Shown piece after piece: positions 20,821-31,061 of a DNA stretch of 64,000 nt (its first letter is position 1; the number at the start of each line of letters is the position of its first letter). The notes under the pieces are model-generated. The model had not been told where the DNA came from. It saw nothing but the letters and a program-made list of their open reading frames with translations, and did no database searches. Origin of the DNA: a virus; the IMG/VR virus record IMGVR_UViG_3300025121_000886, positions 29,151-93,150 of that record, one strand, 5' to 3'. The translations under genes and the position numbers were made by a program.

Positions 20821-21183
20821 GTGGTTGCTATGTCTTTAAAAGATTATATTGGAAAATACGATGTGAATATCACAGAAAATAAGGATGGTTCAATAAATTT
20901 TAAGGTTAAAAGACTTCTTGAGTTCTCAGGTGAATGGTTAGAAGCACCAAATTATACTATTCCAGCATGGACGATGGAGGAAGCTTTCGCTTATGAGAAA
21001 AAACTTATTATGTTTACTCTATCTGATCTAAGAGGAAAAGCTGATAGACTTCAGGTTGAGTATGAGAAAGAAAAGAAAAAAAGGGATGAAGAAGAAAGAA
21101 AACGGCTCAAAAAATCTGGAAAGGTGTCGGGGATACTCTCTATTTCTGAAACGATTGGGGGTGAACTCACCCTCGAAGAATAA
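20821..21183 (+). CDS. Hypothetical protein
   Basis: 120-aa ORF, coiled-coil C-terminus. Confidence 0.6.
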   Translation: MVAMSLKDYIGKYDVNITENKDGSINFKVKRLLEFSGEWLEAPNYTIPAWTMEEAFAYEKKLIMFTLSDLRGKADRLQVEYEKEKKKRDEEERKRLKKSGKVSGILSISETIGGELTLEE

Positions 21184-21281
21184 TAAACATTTTTAAGATT
21201 TATCATTTAAAAAGTTATAAAATTCCTCAAAACCCCGACCGCTTGCGGTGGGGATATACATAAAAATAATTAAAATAATGT

Positions 21282-21329
21282 TTGACTTTCAGTAAATATC
21301 TTAATATACTTAATATTTAATATTAAGTA
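21282..21329 (+). promoter_or_regulatory. Sigma70-type tnpB promoter overlapped by a 23-bp palindrome
   Basis: TTGACT (21282) -17 bp- TATACT (21305); TACTTAATATT-T-AATATTAAGTA at 21307-21329. Confidence 0.7.
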
Positions 21330-21348
21330 ATTTTTAGGAAATAGTATT

Positions 21349-22593
21349 TTGTATAAAACGCAATCAAATCAGATTAAGAATATGAATAAAGACACCTATA
21401 ATCTTTTAAGAAGGTTGTGTTGGCATTCAGCGCGTTTGTACAATTACGGTCTATATACTGTAAGACAGAATTATTTTGAGACGAAGACATATTTACCTTA
21501 TGTGCAAAATTATCATTATTGTAAGACCAATGAGAATTTTAAGGTTTTACCAGCAGCTGTAGCACAGCAGACGTTAAAGGTTGTAGATAGGAGCTTTAAG
21601 TCTCTTTTTGGGCTTTTGAATGCTAAGAAGCACAGTAAATATCAGAGTCGTGTGTCTATCCCACATTATTTACCAAAAGATGGATATTTTCAGGTCATGA
21701 TACCTAACAATGGGTTTCAGATTAAGGGTAATGAGATAAACATAGGTATATCGAGGTTTTTGAAGGAAGATACTGGGATTAAAAATATAGTATTAGATTT
21801 TCCGACACAGATTAATGCTAAAGATGTAATAGAAGTAAGGATAATACCGCAACAGAAGGCACATTACTTTAAAATGGAGGTGGTATATGAGGTAAAAGAA
21901 CAAGAATTAAAGCTAGAGCATAAAAATGTTTTATCGATTGATATAGGTCTAAATAATTTAGCGACATGTTTTGATACAAAGAACAATAGGGCTTTCATCT
22001 TAGATGGAAGGCGTTTAAAATCAATAAATTACTATTGGAATAAACAAAACAGTAAGCTACAAAGTATCAAAGATAAACAAAACATCAGGAATTATACGAA
22101 ACAACAATTTTTACTGAAGAGGAAGAGAGAAAATAGGATTAAAGACATAATAAGAAAGAGCTCTAAGTATATTTCTGATTATTGTATTAAGAATGACATA
22201 GGGACGATAATTATAGGACACAATAAAGGTTGGAAGCAAGACATTAATCTTGGAAGGGTGAATAATCAGAAGTTTGTACAGGTACCTTTTGGATATTTGA
22301 TGTCAAGCCTTGAGTCTAAATGTGAAGAGTTTGGTATGAAGTATTCAGAGATACAAGAGTCCCATACTTCTCTATGTTCGGCTTTAGATAATGAGGAAGT
22401 TAAACATCATGATGTTTATATGGGGAAGCGTATATACAGAGGGCTTTTTAGAAGTAGAGAAGGAAAGCTCGTTAATGCTGATGTTAATGGTGCTCTAAAT
22501 ATTGCTAGGAAGTCAAAAGTAACTGCAATGGAGGTAACTTCTGAGCAGGTAATGGGTATTGTGGCATACCCTGTAAGAATAAGGGTATTTTAG
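21349..22593 (+). CDS. tnpB: RNA-guided endonuclease TnpB (rearranged RuvC-II type)
   Basis: RuvC-I SIDIGLNN, IIIGHNKGWKQ lacking canonical Glu, alternative Glu QESHTS, RuvC-III NADVNGALNI. Confidence 0.92.
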   Translation: MYKTQSNQIKNMNKDTYNLLRRLCWHSARLYNYGLYTVRQNYFETKTYLPYVQNYHYCKTNENFKVLPAAVAQQTLKVVDRSFKSLFGLLNAKKHSKYQSRVSIPHYLPKDGYFQVMIPNNGFQIKGNEINIGISRFLKEDTGIKNIVLDFPTQINAKDVIEVRIIPQQKAHYFKMEVVYEVKEQELKLEHKNVLSIDIGLNNLATCFDTKNNRAFILDGRRLKSINYYWNKQNSKLQSIKDKQNIRNYTKQQFLLKRKRENRIKDIIRKSSKYISDYCIKNDIGTIIIGHNKGWKQDINLGRVNNQKFVQVPFGYLMSSLESKCEEFGMKYSEIQESHTSLCSALDNEEVKHHDVYMGKRIYRGLFRSREGKLVNADVNGALNIARKSKVTAMEVTSEQVMGIVAYPVRIRVF

Positions 22594-22749
22594 ACAAACT
22601 TCTTACGAAGCCTTGGGGCTTGCCCCAAGGTATGTCACTAGGGATTGATCTTCTTAGAATTGTCTAATACAACTTTAGTTGTGTCCCGTAAAATAAGGTC
22701 TTAAGATTAAAAATTTTAGCAAGGACAAACAATTTTACAGGAATTTTTT

Positions 22750-24147
22750 ATGAAAAAGAAAAAAATGAAGATAAATAAAGATATCCTAGAAAGAACCTCA
22801 AATATTCTTACTGAAGATATCGATACAGAAAATATTGGGACATTTATTGAAGATACTCTAAAAGAGTCTCTAACGTCAAAAGATCGTCTATTAAACTCTT
22901 CTAATATGAACCCGGAAATGAGAAAAAATAAAATGAGGAGCATTGGTATAAAAAGAGACTTAATGTTAGATCAAAAAATGTTTACAAAGCCCAATACTCT
23001 AGATGAATATAAAGATTATTTTCTGAATAATCTTGGAAATAAAGCGACTGCATTAGAATTTTTCAAAAAATTATATGAAGATTCCATGTTAAAAATAAAA
23101 GAACTCATACCCGATTATGCTGAATATTGGCCAACATCTCAACATTATTCTTCCTGGATAGAGGGCTCACCATCTGGAATCGTAGATCATTTTACTGCCA
23201 GCTCTACTGCATCAAGTGTACTTCGTTGGTTTTCTTCCTATGATCAATGGTTGATTGGTTCAAAAAAACGAGCATCAGGCGCGTGTACTTCTTTTCTTGT
23301 TGATATAACTGGCGAGATATTCTGTCTTCTAAAGTTTTGGGAAGGAGAAGCAGACTGGCACGAACCTCTCGTCAACAGGAAATTTATAGGAATTGAACAC
23401 GTTTCCTGTGGTGAATTAAAAGAAAAAGATGGAGAATTTTATTGGTGGCCTAAGAATTGGGGCTCAAAATACCCTTTTCAAGAAACTTTATCTCCATTAA
23501 AATTGACTTCTCCCTGGAGGGGGGCAACCTATTTTCAACCCTATACCACAGAACAAATACTTTCAAACATTTCTATAAAAAGGGCATTAATAGCCTATTA
23601 TGGAAGTCAATTAAATGTAAGAAATTTTATAGATCATGCTGTATTAAGAACAGATAAAATGGATATGAGCCCAGTTTGGCCATTACAACAAATAAATAGT
23701 ATCGTTCTCAATAAATCTATGAATAAAAAGAGCATAACTCTTCTCTTTGAAAGCACTCTACAAAAAGATATTTCAATAGATCATCCAATAAAATTTGAAT
23801 ATCCTATACCTTCTTCTAAAAATGTTCAAGTTATTCGAGAAGATGAGTCTATTCTTGAGACGGTGACTACAAGATTAGAGCATTATTCAAGTTATTTAGA
23901 ACCTATAAGATGGATACAAAGAATGTTGTTCGATATGAAATATCTGGGATCAGAATTGGCTATAAATGGGGTCATTGGAAGTATTGAAACAGTAAATGCC
24001 ATAAAAAGAGTTCAAAAAGAAAGTTTATATCCAATAACCGGAATTATGGATGAAAACATTAAAGAACGCATAAGATTATTGTATCAAGACTTTTGCTCAA
24101 AAAAAGAGTTACAGAGAAAAAAAGACCAAGCACCTTTACAGAAATGA
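22750..24147 (+). CDS. N-acetylmuramoyl-L-alanine amidase (Amidase_2 type) with long N-terminal extension
   Basis: VDHFTA, WHEP, IGIEH, IDH, KMD zinc/catalytic motifs; PG-binding-like C-terminus (IRWIQRML...INGVIG). Confidence 0.75.
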   Translation: MKKKKMKINKDILERTSNILTEDIDTENIGTFIEDTLKESLTSKDRLLNSSNMNPEMRKNKMRSIGIKRDLMLDQKMFTKPNTLDEYKDYFLNNLGNKATALEFFKKLYEDSMLKIKELIPDYAEYWPTSQHYSSWIEGSPSGIVDHFTASSTASSVLRWFSSYDQWLIGSKKRASGACTSFLVDITGEIFCLLKFWEGEADWHEPLVNRKFIGIEHVSCGELKEKDGEFYWWPKNWGSKYPFQETLSPLKLTSPWRGATYFQPYTTEQILSNISIKRALIAYYGSQLNVRNFIDHAVLRTDKMDMSPVWPLQQINSIVLNKSMNKKSITLLFESTLQKDISIDHPIKFEYPIPSSKNVQVIREDESILETVTTRLEHYSSYLEPIRWIQRMLFDMKYLGSELAINGVIGSIETVNAIKRVQKESLYPITGIMDENIKERIRLLYQDFCSKKELQRKKDQAPLQK

Positions 24148-24158
24148 GGTATATATAA

Positions 24159-24611
24159 ATGGCCTATGAAATGTTAGCCCTATTAACCAATGTGGCCAAG
24201 ACATATTATATGGAACAATCATTGAATGGAAAATCTTTTAAAGTGGATCATTTTGTTGTAGGACGATATGGTCATGACCTTACCGACCCAAAACAAGCTT
24301 TAACTCCTAGACCCGAGATGACCTTAGATATCTATAATGAAGAACTTGGTAAAGTCTATGGCCCCACCGACCTTACTGGACAATATGACGTAGATGATGC
24401 CCCATTTTGTAAAGAATATGTTTGCACACTCCCCCGGTCCACTCTTGTATCTGAAATAAGTTCTATTGGATTAGTTGCTACTGTTGTTTATGTTCCTCCA
24501 AGTGGAACAGGTGCTCTAGGAGATCAATTCTTGTATGCATACACAAATTTTCCATTAAAGGTTAAGACTGATCTGGATCTCATGGTTTTTAACCTCCAAG
24601 TTCAATATTAG
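24159..24611 (+). CDS. Tail fibre/baseplate attachment protein (tail-collar fibre-like)
   Basis: LLTN, FVVG..G, SSIGL, LYAY..FP..K pattern; paralog of 28036. Confidence 0.55.
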   Translation: MAYEMLALLTNVAKTYYMEQSLNGKSFKVDHFVVGRYGHDLTDPKQALTPRPEMTLDIYNEELGKVYGPTDLTGQYDVDDAPFCKEYVCTLPRSTLVSEISSIGLVATVVYVPPSGTGALGDQFLYAYTNFPLKVKTDLDLMVFNLQVQY

Positions 24612-24623
24612 ACGGAGAAAAAA

Positions 24624-27600
24624 ATGAGTATTAAAGCTTTTATAGAGTTCGGGTCAAAGGACAGTCCTGAATATTGGAATAAACAACACAAGGACATAAT
24701 ACAGAAGGGTATTTATACAAGTTATACTCTAACAACTGCATCCAGTCCACCTACAATAACAGTCCCAGCATTTTCGGCCATGACTTCACAAGGTATGACT
24801 GTCATTAATGACGCTGATGTTATATTAACCTTAGCAGATGACGGAGTTAACTGCGTATACCTAAGAGCCATTTACAATGCATTGGCAGCAGCAACCATAA
24901 CTTTAACCTCAGACCTTGAAGTAGTATATAACGCTATCCCCCTTGAACAAACAATACTTTTTGCAAAGGTTACAACATCGGGGGGAAGTATAGGAAGTGT
25001 AAGTTTAGCCGAGGCAGAAGTTATAGATGCCGTTGGAAGAAAATTCTGGAGAGACCCTGTGGACACAACCCTCCCGGCTGTTGGTGTTAGCCGAACGGGT
25101 GATCTTGTACTAAAAAAAGATGATAAGGGTATTTATTATTTTAATGGTACAAGCTGGGAAAATATTTTAAATATAAGTGCTCAATGGAAACCTTCTGTAG
25201 CTAATTATGCAAGTCTACCCTCTGTAGGATCATCAACAGATGGCGATGCTGTCGTTGTTAGAGATGAAAATCTGATATACACCCTCGATCCAGCAGATAG
25301 TAAATGGAGACCTATATCAAGTTGGTTACCCCCCGTTGCTAATGAAGGTGATTTACCTATTTTAGGAAGTGCTATTCCACCTAAAACAAATGATTTACGT
25401 CTGGTGGTTGATGAAAGAGAAGTTCATACTCATGGTGGTGATGGTGATTGGCATCCCTTAAATCAATGGAGAACCCCCAAAACAAAAGCTCAAATAGACA
25501 TTTTAACTGGCTCAAATGGTGATGCTAGAGTAGCTACAGACGAGGGAGAAATATATGTTAGATATAGCTCTTCCTGGAAAAAAATAGGAGCTAATGGAAC
25601 TTATCTAACTGTCGGGAATACGACAGGTGATTATATTGGATCAACACAAGCACCTGTCCAAGATGCTATAGGTGCATTACCTTCTACTGGTGGTAGAATT
25701 GTTATTAAACGAGGTACATATACCTTTGACCTACCAGTTTCTATATCAAAACCAAATGTTACAATAGAAGCTGAAACACCTGGATCAGTAAATATTATAG
25801 CAAGTTCACCAATAACCACTCTATTTTCGGTATCTGCTGTCAATTTTAGGATGTATGGGATAAAATTAGATTTAACAGATTCAACATATACTTCTACAAC
25901 AGGAGCGATTTTATTTGGTGGTGCAAGTAGTTCTGAGACAGAAGGTGGAGAAATAATTGACTGTGTATTCGATAAACCATATATAGCTATCAATCTAAAT
26001 CACACTTCTTGTAACAATTCTCTTCCTATAATAATTCAGAGGTGTCAATTTAAAGACGTTCAATCTACATCCGGTGCTGTAGTAATAAAAGCTTCTTTCA
26101 CTCGTGGTGTAATCATATCAGAATGTGATTTTTATTCAAATATTTCTGGAATAAAATTTATAAGCTGTTATCAATCCAAAATAATCAATAATATAGCTCA
26201 TGGAACAACATCAAATAACGGTACATATTTTATTCATGGTGATAATTGCTATAATATTGAAGTAGACGGAAATGATATATACAATACTGATTCTACAGTA
26301 AAATCAAGTGGTTCTATCTATTTTACCAAGGGGACTATATCCCCCATTTGTTATGGAATATCGATAACAAACAATAAAATAAAAGTCAACACTGGTGGAT
26401 GTGCTCAAATAGAAATTTATGGCAACGGATTAGACGATGAGGGGTTTAACATATCTGAAAATGAACTGTATGGTGTTTCCACAAGAGGTATTAAAATAAA
26501 TGCATGTAAAAGGGCAATAATATCTAATAATTATATTGCTTGTGGAAAAACAAATTCTATAGATATCACAAATAGTAACAATATATTGATCAATGATAAT
26601 ATATTAAAGCCCGAAAACAATTCTGGTACAAAAGGAATTTCTATTGATTCTTATTCATATAATGTTATTGCATCCAATAACAGTATCAATTTATCAATAG
26701 GTAAAGGTATAGAATGCTATGCAGATCACAGTATTATCTCAAATAATACTATTATTGATAATACCGAATCAGCTATTTATATGGGATCTGATGGATATTA
26801 TATTGTATCTAACAACAAAATAAGAACAACTGCCTCCACAGAATCATTGGTAGTATTAGAATCATCTGGGGGTGATATTTATGCTGTGACTGTCTCTGGA
26901 AATAATATAACTTCTGATATCACAGTAGGGACAGGTATATATGGTATATATGCACCGGGTGATCTATATAATTCTCTCATAAATAATAATATCTTCAATC
27001 TGTCTTCTACTTCCGGTAACTTTGAGGCGGCAATATCTTGTAATAATATAATAACAACGTGCATTAATAAGAATACAACCAAGGGAAGTGATCTAAATTA
27101 CGGGATAAGAATTCTAAATAGCACGGGTGGCTTAATTTATCGATCCTCGATTAGTGAGAACATAATCAATTTCACAACCTTAGAAGGTATAATATTTTCA
27201 GATATTTATGCTTCTTCTATAAATTTTAATGATATATGCGGATATTCATCGGATCAGTATGGAATAGCCATGTTAGAAGATGGAACACATTCCATACTCT
27301 ATGGTAAAGAAGCTACCTTAATAGGAAACAAGATAAATAATTATGCACATGGAGGAATGTATTTACTTATAGAAACTGATGCAATAATAAGTCAAAATAC
27401 CATTTATACTTTTTCCAGAGATACAACACCGAGTGGACGCGGTATCTATATTATGTCCCATTTAACGGGAAGAGCTGGTGGAAATACTGCATATAATATC
27501 AGAATAGTAAATAACATAATCCATGATGGATATACAGGTATATATGCTTCCATCTCTGATTCAATAATAAGTGGAAATTCTATTTATGACATTGTTAACT

Positions 27601-28022
27601 TTGGTGTTGAATTACCCCACTCTTTAGACGATGGTGAGCACAGTGCTATTAAAAGAAATGTGATAATAACCGGAAATAGCTTCTCAGATATTGATAATAA
27701 AGCTATCTGTGATTGGTCACATATAAGTTTTATAACAATCTCCAATAACACTTTTTATTTATTGTACTCTGGGACGAAAGCTATTTTCTTCACCAATGAT
27801 GGACATGGAATTACCATAAATGGGAATACCTTTTATGTAGATGATAAGGCCATTGACTTTAATAGTACTGATAATTTTATTGGTTTTACTGCAATAGGTA
27901 ATGTGTTTAGTAAAACACTGGTTTTACATACTCATAATTTACCCGATCCAGTTACTACAAAGTCAATAACTTTAGCCAGAATGGAAGATTGTAATGTATT
28001 TGAAGTATCTTTAATATCTTAA
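24624..28022 (+). CDS. Tail spike/fibre with right-handed parallel beta-helix
   Basis: N-terminal W..PV....LP..G...GD repeats; VQDAIGALPSTGGRIVIKRGTY followed by many (I/V)xxN.I repeats. Confidence 0.8.
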   Translation: MSIKAFIEFGSKDSPEYWNKQHKDIIQKGIYTSYTLTTASSPPTITVPAFSAMTSQGMTVINDADVILTLADDGVNCVYLRAIYNALAAATITLTSDLEVVYNAIPLEQTILFAKVTTSGGSIGSVSLAEAEVIDAVGRKFWRDPVDTTLPAVGVSRTGDLVLKKDDKGIYYFNGTSWENILNISAQWKPSVANYASLPSVGSSTDGDAVVVRDENLIYTLDPADSKWRPISSWLPPVANEGDLPILGSAIPPKTNDLRLVVDEREVHTHGGDGDWHPLNQWRTPKTKAQIDILTGSNGDARVATDEGEIYVRYSSSWKKIGANGTYLTVGNTTGDYIGSTQAPVQDAIGALPSTGGRIVIKRGTYTFDLPVSISKPNVTIEAETPGSVNIIASSPITTLFSVSAVNFRMYGIKLDLTDSTYTSTTGAILFGGASSSETEGGEIIDCVFDKPYIAINLNHTSCNNSLPIIIQRCQFKDVQSTSGAVVIKASFTRGVIISECDFYSNISGIKFISCYQSKIINNIAHGTTSNNGTYFIHGDNCYNIEVDGNDIYNTDSTVKSSGSIYFTKGTISPICYGISITNNKIKVNTGGCAQIEIYGNGLDDEGFNISENELYGVSTRGIKINACKRAIISNNYIACGKTNSIDITNSNNILINDNILKPENNSGTKGISIDSYSYNVIASNNSINLSIGKGIECYADHSIISNNTIIDNTESAIYMGSDGYYIVSNNKIRTTASTESLVVLESSGGDIYAVTVSGNNITSDITVGTGIYGIYAPGDLYNSLINNNIFNLSSTSGNFEAAISCNNIITTCINKNTTKGSDLNYGIRILNSTGGLIYRSSISENIINFTTLEGIIFSDIYASSINFNDICGYSSDQYGIAMLEDGTHSILYGKEATLIGNKINNYAHGGMYLLIETDAIISQNTIYTFSRDTTPSGRGIYIMSHLTGRAGGNTAYNIRIVNNIIHDGYTGIYASISDSIISGNSIYDIVNFGVELPHSLDDGEHSAIKRNVIITGNSFSDIDNKAICDWSHISFITISNNTFYLLYSGTKAIFFTNDGHGITINGNTFYVDDKAIDFNSTDNFIGFTAIGNVFSKTLVLHTHNLPDPVTTKSITLARMEDCNVFEVSLIS

Positions 28023-28035
28023 AAGGTTAAAAAAT

Positions 28036-28476
28036 ATGGCAGAATACGCGGTATTAACAACAAATGGGAGAACATATTTCAGCAAAACCTCTGAAGGTTG
28101 GGCAGTTTATGTCTATAGATTTTCTATAGGGACAGGGGGACATAATCCAACGACCTATGAGCCCTTAGAAATAACCGATATAGATATTGATGATTTAACC
28201 ACTCCCATTGAAATATCTCCAAGTATCACAAAAAAATTGATAACGGCTGTAACTCGACCAAATGATAATAGTATTGCAGCTTTATGTAAGATAGAAGAAG
28301 ATGAAGCTCTAGAAAATAAACTATCTGAGATAGGTATCTGGGCAAACATTTATGATGATTCACAAATTCTCCAAGATGAATATCTCATTGCTGTCGTTCA
28401 TTTCCCTCCCATATACAGAAAAGGTGCTCCCCATACACAAGTCACTTGTTCTTGGAATGTAATCATAAGTTTCTAA
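28036..28476 (+). CDS. Tail fibre/baseplate attachment protein (paralog of 24159)
   Basis: VLTTNGR, FSIGTGGH.P, SEIGIWA, LIAVVHFP. Confidence 0.55.
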   Translation: MAEYAVLTTNGRTYFSKTSEGWAVYVYRFSIGTGGHNPTTYEPLEITDIDIDDLTTPIEISPSITKKLITAVTRPNDNSIAALCKIEEDEALENKLSEIGIWANIYDDSQILQDEYLIAVVHFPPIYRKGAPHTQVTCSWNVIISF

Positions 28477-28487
28477 CGAGGTTTTCT

Positions 28488-28865
28488 ATGTCATTTAAAC
28501 TCCCCAAAAAAGAAGTTCTTTTTGAGCTATCTAAAATAGCTCAAGATTTAGAACACCTAAATAAACCAAATTTAGCTGAAAAACTTGATATGGCCTGTAA
28601 TATATTAGATGTTTCTCCTAAAGATGAGGACATAAAAAAACTGTTTCTCAAATATTTTTCAGAGGCTTCAAGTCATTTTAATTCTATTAGTGATTTTTAT
28701 AACCCTGATTTTCATACAAAGCAGATTAATAATATAAGAAAATTATTAGATAAGATAGAAAATGAACTCAAAAATCCATTAACTTCTTATAATCATGAAA
28801 ATAAAATAGTTAGTTATACCATATTAAACCTATTCAGCTTAATTTTAAAAGAAGCATCTGATTAA
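28488..28865 (+). CDS. Hypothetical protein with N-terminal shared helical tag
   Basis: ELSKIAQDLEHLNKPNLAEKLD; GAGG RBS before ATG 28488. Confidence 0.65.
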   Translation: MSFKLPKKEVLFELSKIAQDLEHLNKPNLAEKLDMACNILDVSPKDEDIKKLFLKYFSEASSHFNSISDFYNPDFHTKQINNIRKLLDKIENELKNPLTSYNHENKIVSYTILNLFSLILKEASD

Positions 28866-28915
28866 CTTCTTTTTAAATTGACTTGACAAGTAAACAAATA
28901 CATTAGGAGAACATT

Positions 28916-29557
28916 ATGAGTTTACAACAATTAACAATAGACAACCTCGGAACAAAAACAGTTGAATTGGGCGGGAAGACAATAACAGGAGGGGGAAGCA
29001 GCACGATTGACAGACAATGGCTTTCTCTTACTGATTGTAAAGGAAATTATCCTGATCTGGCTACTCAAATATCTGGTCTTATCACATCGGGAGAAATTAG
29101 AGTGACTTTAGAAGGTTTAACTTTAACCGCTGCAAACCTCCTTGTGTTAAAAGATATGGAGTCTACCATTATCAATTTCACCTCAGATTATGTAGAACAT
29201 GCGGCTCTTGCAGCCGATGTATCCTTAAATTCTATTTCTTTTCCATATGCCATGTATCTGATAGGATTTAAAGCCTTGTCTATAAATGGTGTTGATACCG
29301 CTGTAGCAGATTATAAACAATTCGATATTATGCAAACAACCGGAGGGGCTACAGCGACGATATTTACAGCCACCACAGAAGCGACAACCACAACTTATGG
29401 TATGGGAACATTAACTGCAAATACAGTTATAACCAAAACTATATCAACACAAGTTATTACTGTGGCTGGATCAGTATTAAGATTTTTAGTTGGTGATGTA
29501 GGTGTTACTGGTAAACAATTCAATGGAATTTTAATTGCCCAATTTATAAGAGCTTAA
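28916..29557 (+). CDS. Putative virion structural protein (paralog family A)
   Basis: Thr-rich beta protein; shares R.W.SL.D..GNYPDL with 29578. Confidence 0.6.
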   Translation: MSLQQLTIDNLGTKTVELGGKTITGGGSSTIDRQWLSLTDCKGNYPDLATQISGLITSGEIRVTLEGLTLTAANLLVLKDMESTIINFTSDYVEHAALAADVSLNSISFPYAMYLIGFKALSINGVDTAVADYKQFDIMQTTGGATATIFTATTEATTTTYGMGTLTANTVITKTISTQVITVAGSVLRFLVGDVGVTGKQFNGILIAQFIRA

Positions 29558-29577
29558 CCCCAGAGAGGTAAAAATAA

Positions 29578-30261
29578 ATGTCTACAGTAATAACACAGCC
29601 TATAAACGGAAGTTACCTCAAGGTAACAAATAAATCAAACCAAGAACTGACTCTTATGAACCAAAAGTTAGCTCCTTATGGGGGTTATATCTACATACAA
29701 AGAAATTGGATATCTCTGTGTGATTTGGTTGGAAATTATCCTGATCTTGTAAATAAATTGACTGATCTTGTAACCTCAGATAAAGTAGAAGTTCTTTTCG
29801 ATGGATTTTATTTAACCACCGAAAATATTCTGGCTTTAAAAGATATGGTAACAAAAATTGATTACCATTTCACGAAATCTGTATCACATTCTGCTGTGGC
29901 TGCTGCCATAAAACTTTTTATATTTTGGTTACCTTATGATTGGAATTTTATTGGATTAAAAATAATTCCAAAAGCATCCTTAACAGTAGATGTCACTAAT
30001 GTAGCCTATAAATCATTGGCTATAACTCAATATGACACCTCCACACCGGGAGCAACGGTTTTAGATACAATAACCACAAGAACAGCAACAACAGCTATAA
30101 ATAGAACTGGTGATTTTACTATTAATGTTCCTTGGTCTTACACTTTTGCTACACAACAAGCTATAGCCAAAGAAGATTTTGTTTATATTACAGCTACAAA
30201 TGTTGATGCTGGAAGAGCTTTAAGTGCTGAGATAGAACTTATTTATATAAGACAAGGGTAA
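29578..30261 (+). CDS. Putative virion structural protein (paralog family A)
   Basis: Clear full-length similarity to 28916. Confidence 0.6.
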   Translation: MSTVITQPINGSYLKVTNKSNQELTLMNQKLAPYGGYIYIQRNWISLCDLVGNYPDLVNKLTDLVTSDKVEVLFDGFYLTTENILALKDMVTKIDYHFTKSVSHSAVAAAIKLFIFWLPYDWNFIGLKIIPKASLTVDVTNVAYKSLAITQYDTSTPGATVLDTITTRTATTAINRTGDFTINVPWSYTFATQQAIAKEDFVYITATNVDAGRALSAEIELIYIRQG

Positions 30262-30331
30262 TATTTATATTCTCGATATTCTTAACTTCATAAGTTTTTG
30301 AGAACTTTGCCAATATAGAGGGGGAAAAATA

Positions 30332-31042
30332 ATGTCTGAAGAATATAAAATTATAAATTTTACTGACACAACAGTTCATGTTGCTGGGAAGGATATATCT
30401 GTAGGTGGTTATAAATTATACGATTCTAAGGTAATAGAAGATCCTAAAATACAGGCAAAGATCGAAGCTTTAAGAGTCTCTGGACACATTGTTGTAGAAT
30501 ATCAGGGAGTACAGATTACTGAGGATATTTTCTCAAAAAGTTACAGGCGTCCGGGTGCTCAAATACATGGAACATCTTTTCCAACCACACCACATACAGG
30601 CCAAGTATTTTTAAGAACTGATCTCAATATCTATTATTATTGGGATGGAACAACTTGGTCTGCCTTTTCCTCTCTAGGTTCAGGATTACCTAAAATAGTA
30701 ACAGTATGTCATGCTGGCCTAGTAGAAAAAACTGTAACAACCTATTTATTAGGGTCTGCAACATCGGGTATACCCCTACAAGCATGTAAATTAGACTTTG
30801 TTAATATAACAGCTTATGTTGCACCTGGAGCTGGACAGAGCATAACTGTAAGTGTTATAAACATAACAACGGCTTCTACAAAAACTTATTTATTGGAAAA
30901 TGATGAAAAATATCATGAATACATAATAGTTGCGGCAAATCTAACATTTTCAGCAGATGATGAATTGGTGATATCAACGACATCTACAGATGGAAGTATC
31001 GGTCAAGATATAAATATTGCACTTCGTTTTAATGAACCATAA
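30332..31042 (+). CDS. Putative virion fibre/structural protein
   Basis: FPTTPHTGQVFLRTDLNIYYYWDGTTW fibre motif; N-terminus similar to family A. Confidence 0.6.
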   Translation: MSEEYKIINFTDTTVHVAGKDISVGGYKLYDSKVIEDPKIQAKIEALRVSGHIVVEYQGVQITEDIFSKSYRRPGAQIHGTSFPTTPHTGQVFLRTDLNIYYYWDGTTWSAFSSLGSGLPKIVTVCHAGLVEKTVTTYLLGSATSGIPLQACKLDFVNITAYVAPGAGQSITVSVINITTASTKTYLLENDEKYHEYIIVAANLTFSADDELVISTTSTDGSIGQDINIALRFNEP

Positions 31043-31061
31043 ATAATTTAAGGAAAATAAT

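Larger units (their letters stand above)
21219..22638 (+). mobile_element. IS200/IS605-family (IS1341-like, tnpA-less) element
   Basis: Left hairpin AAAA-CCCCGACCGCTTGCGGTGGGG (21229-21253), tnpB, right end GAAG-CCTTGGGGCTTGCCCCAAGG-TATGTCAC (22607-22638); TTAT at 21215-21218 is the inferred target. Confidence 0.85.
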
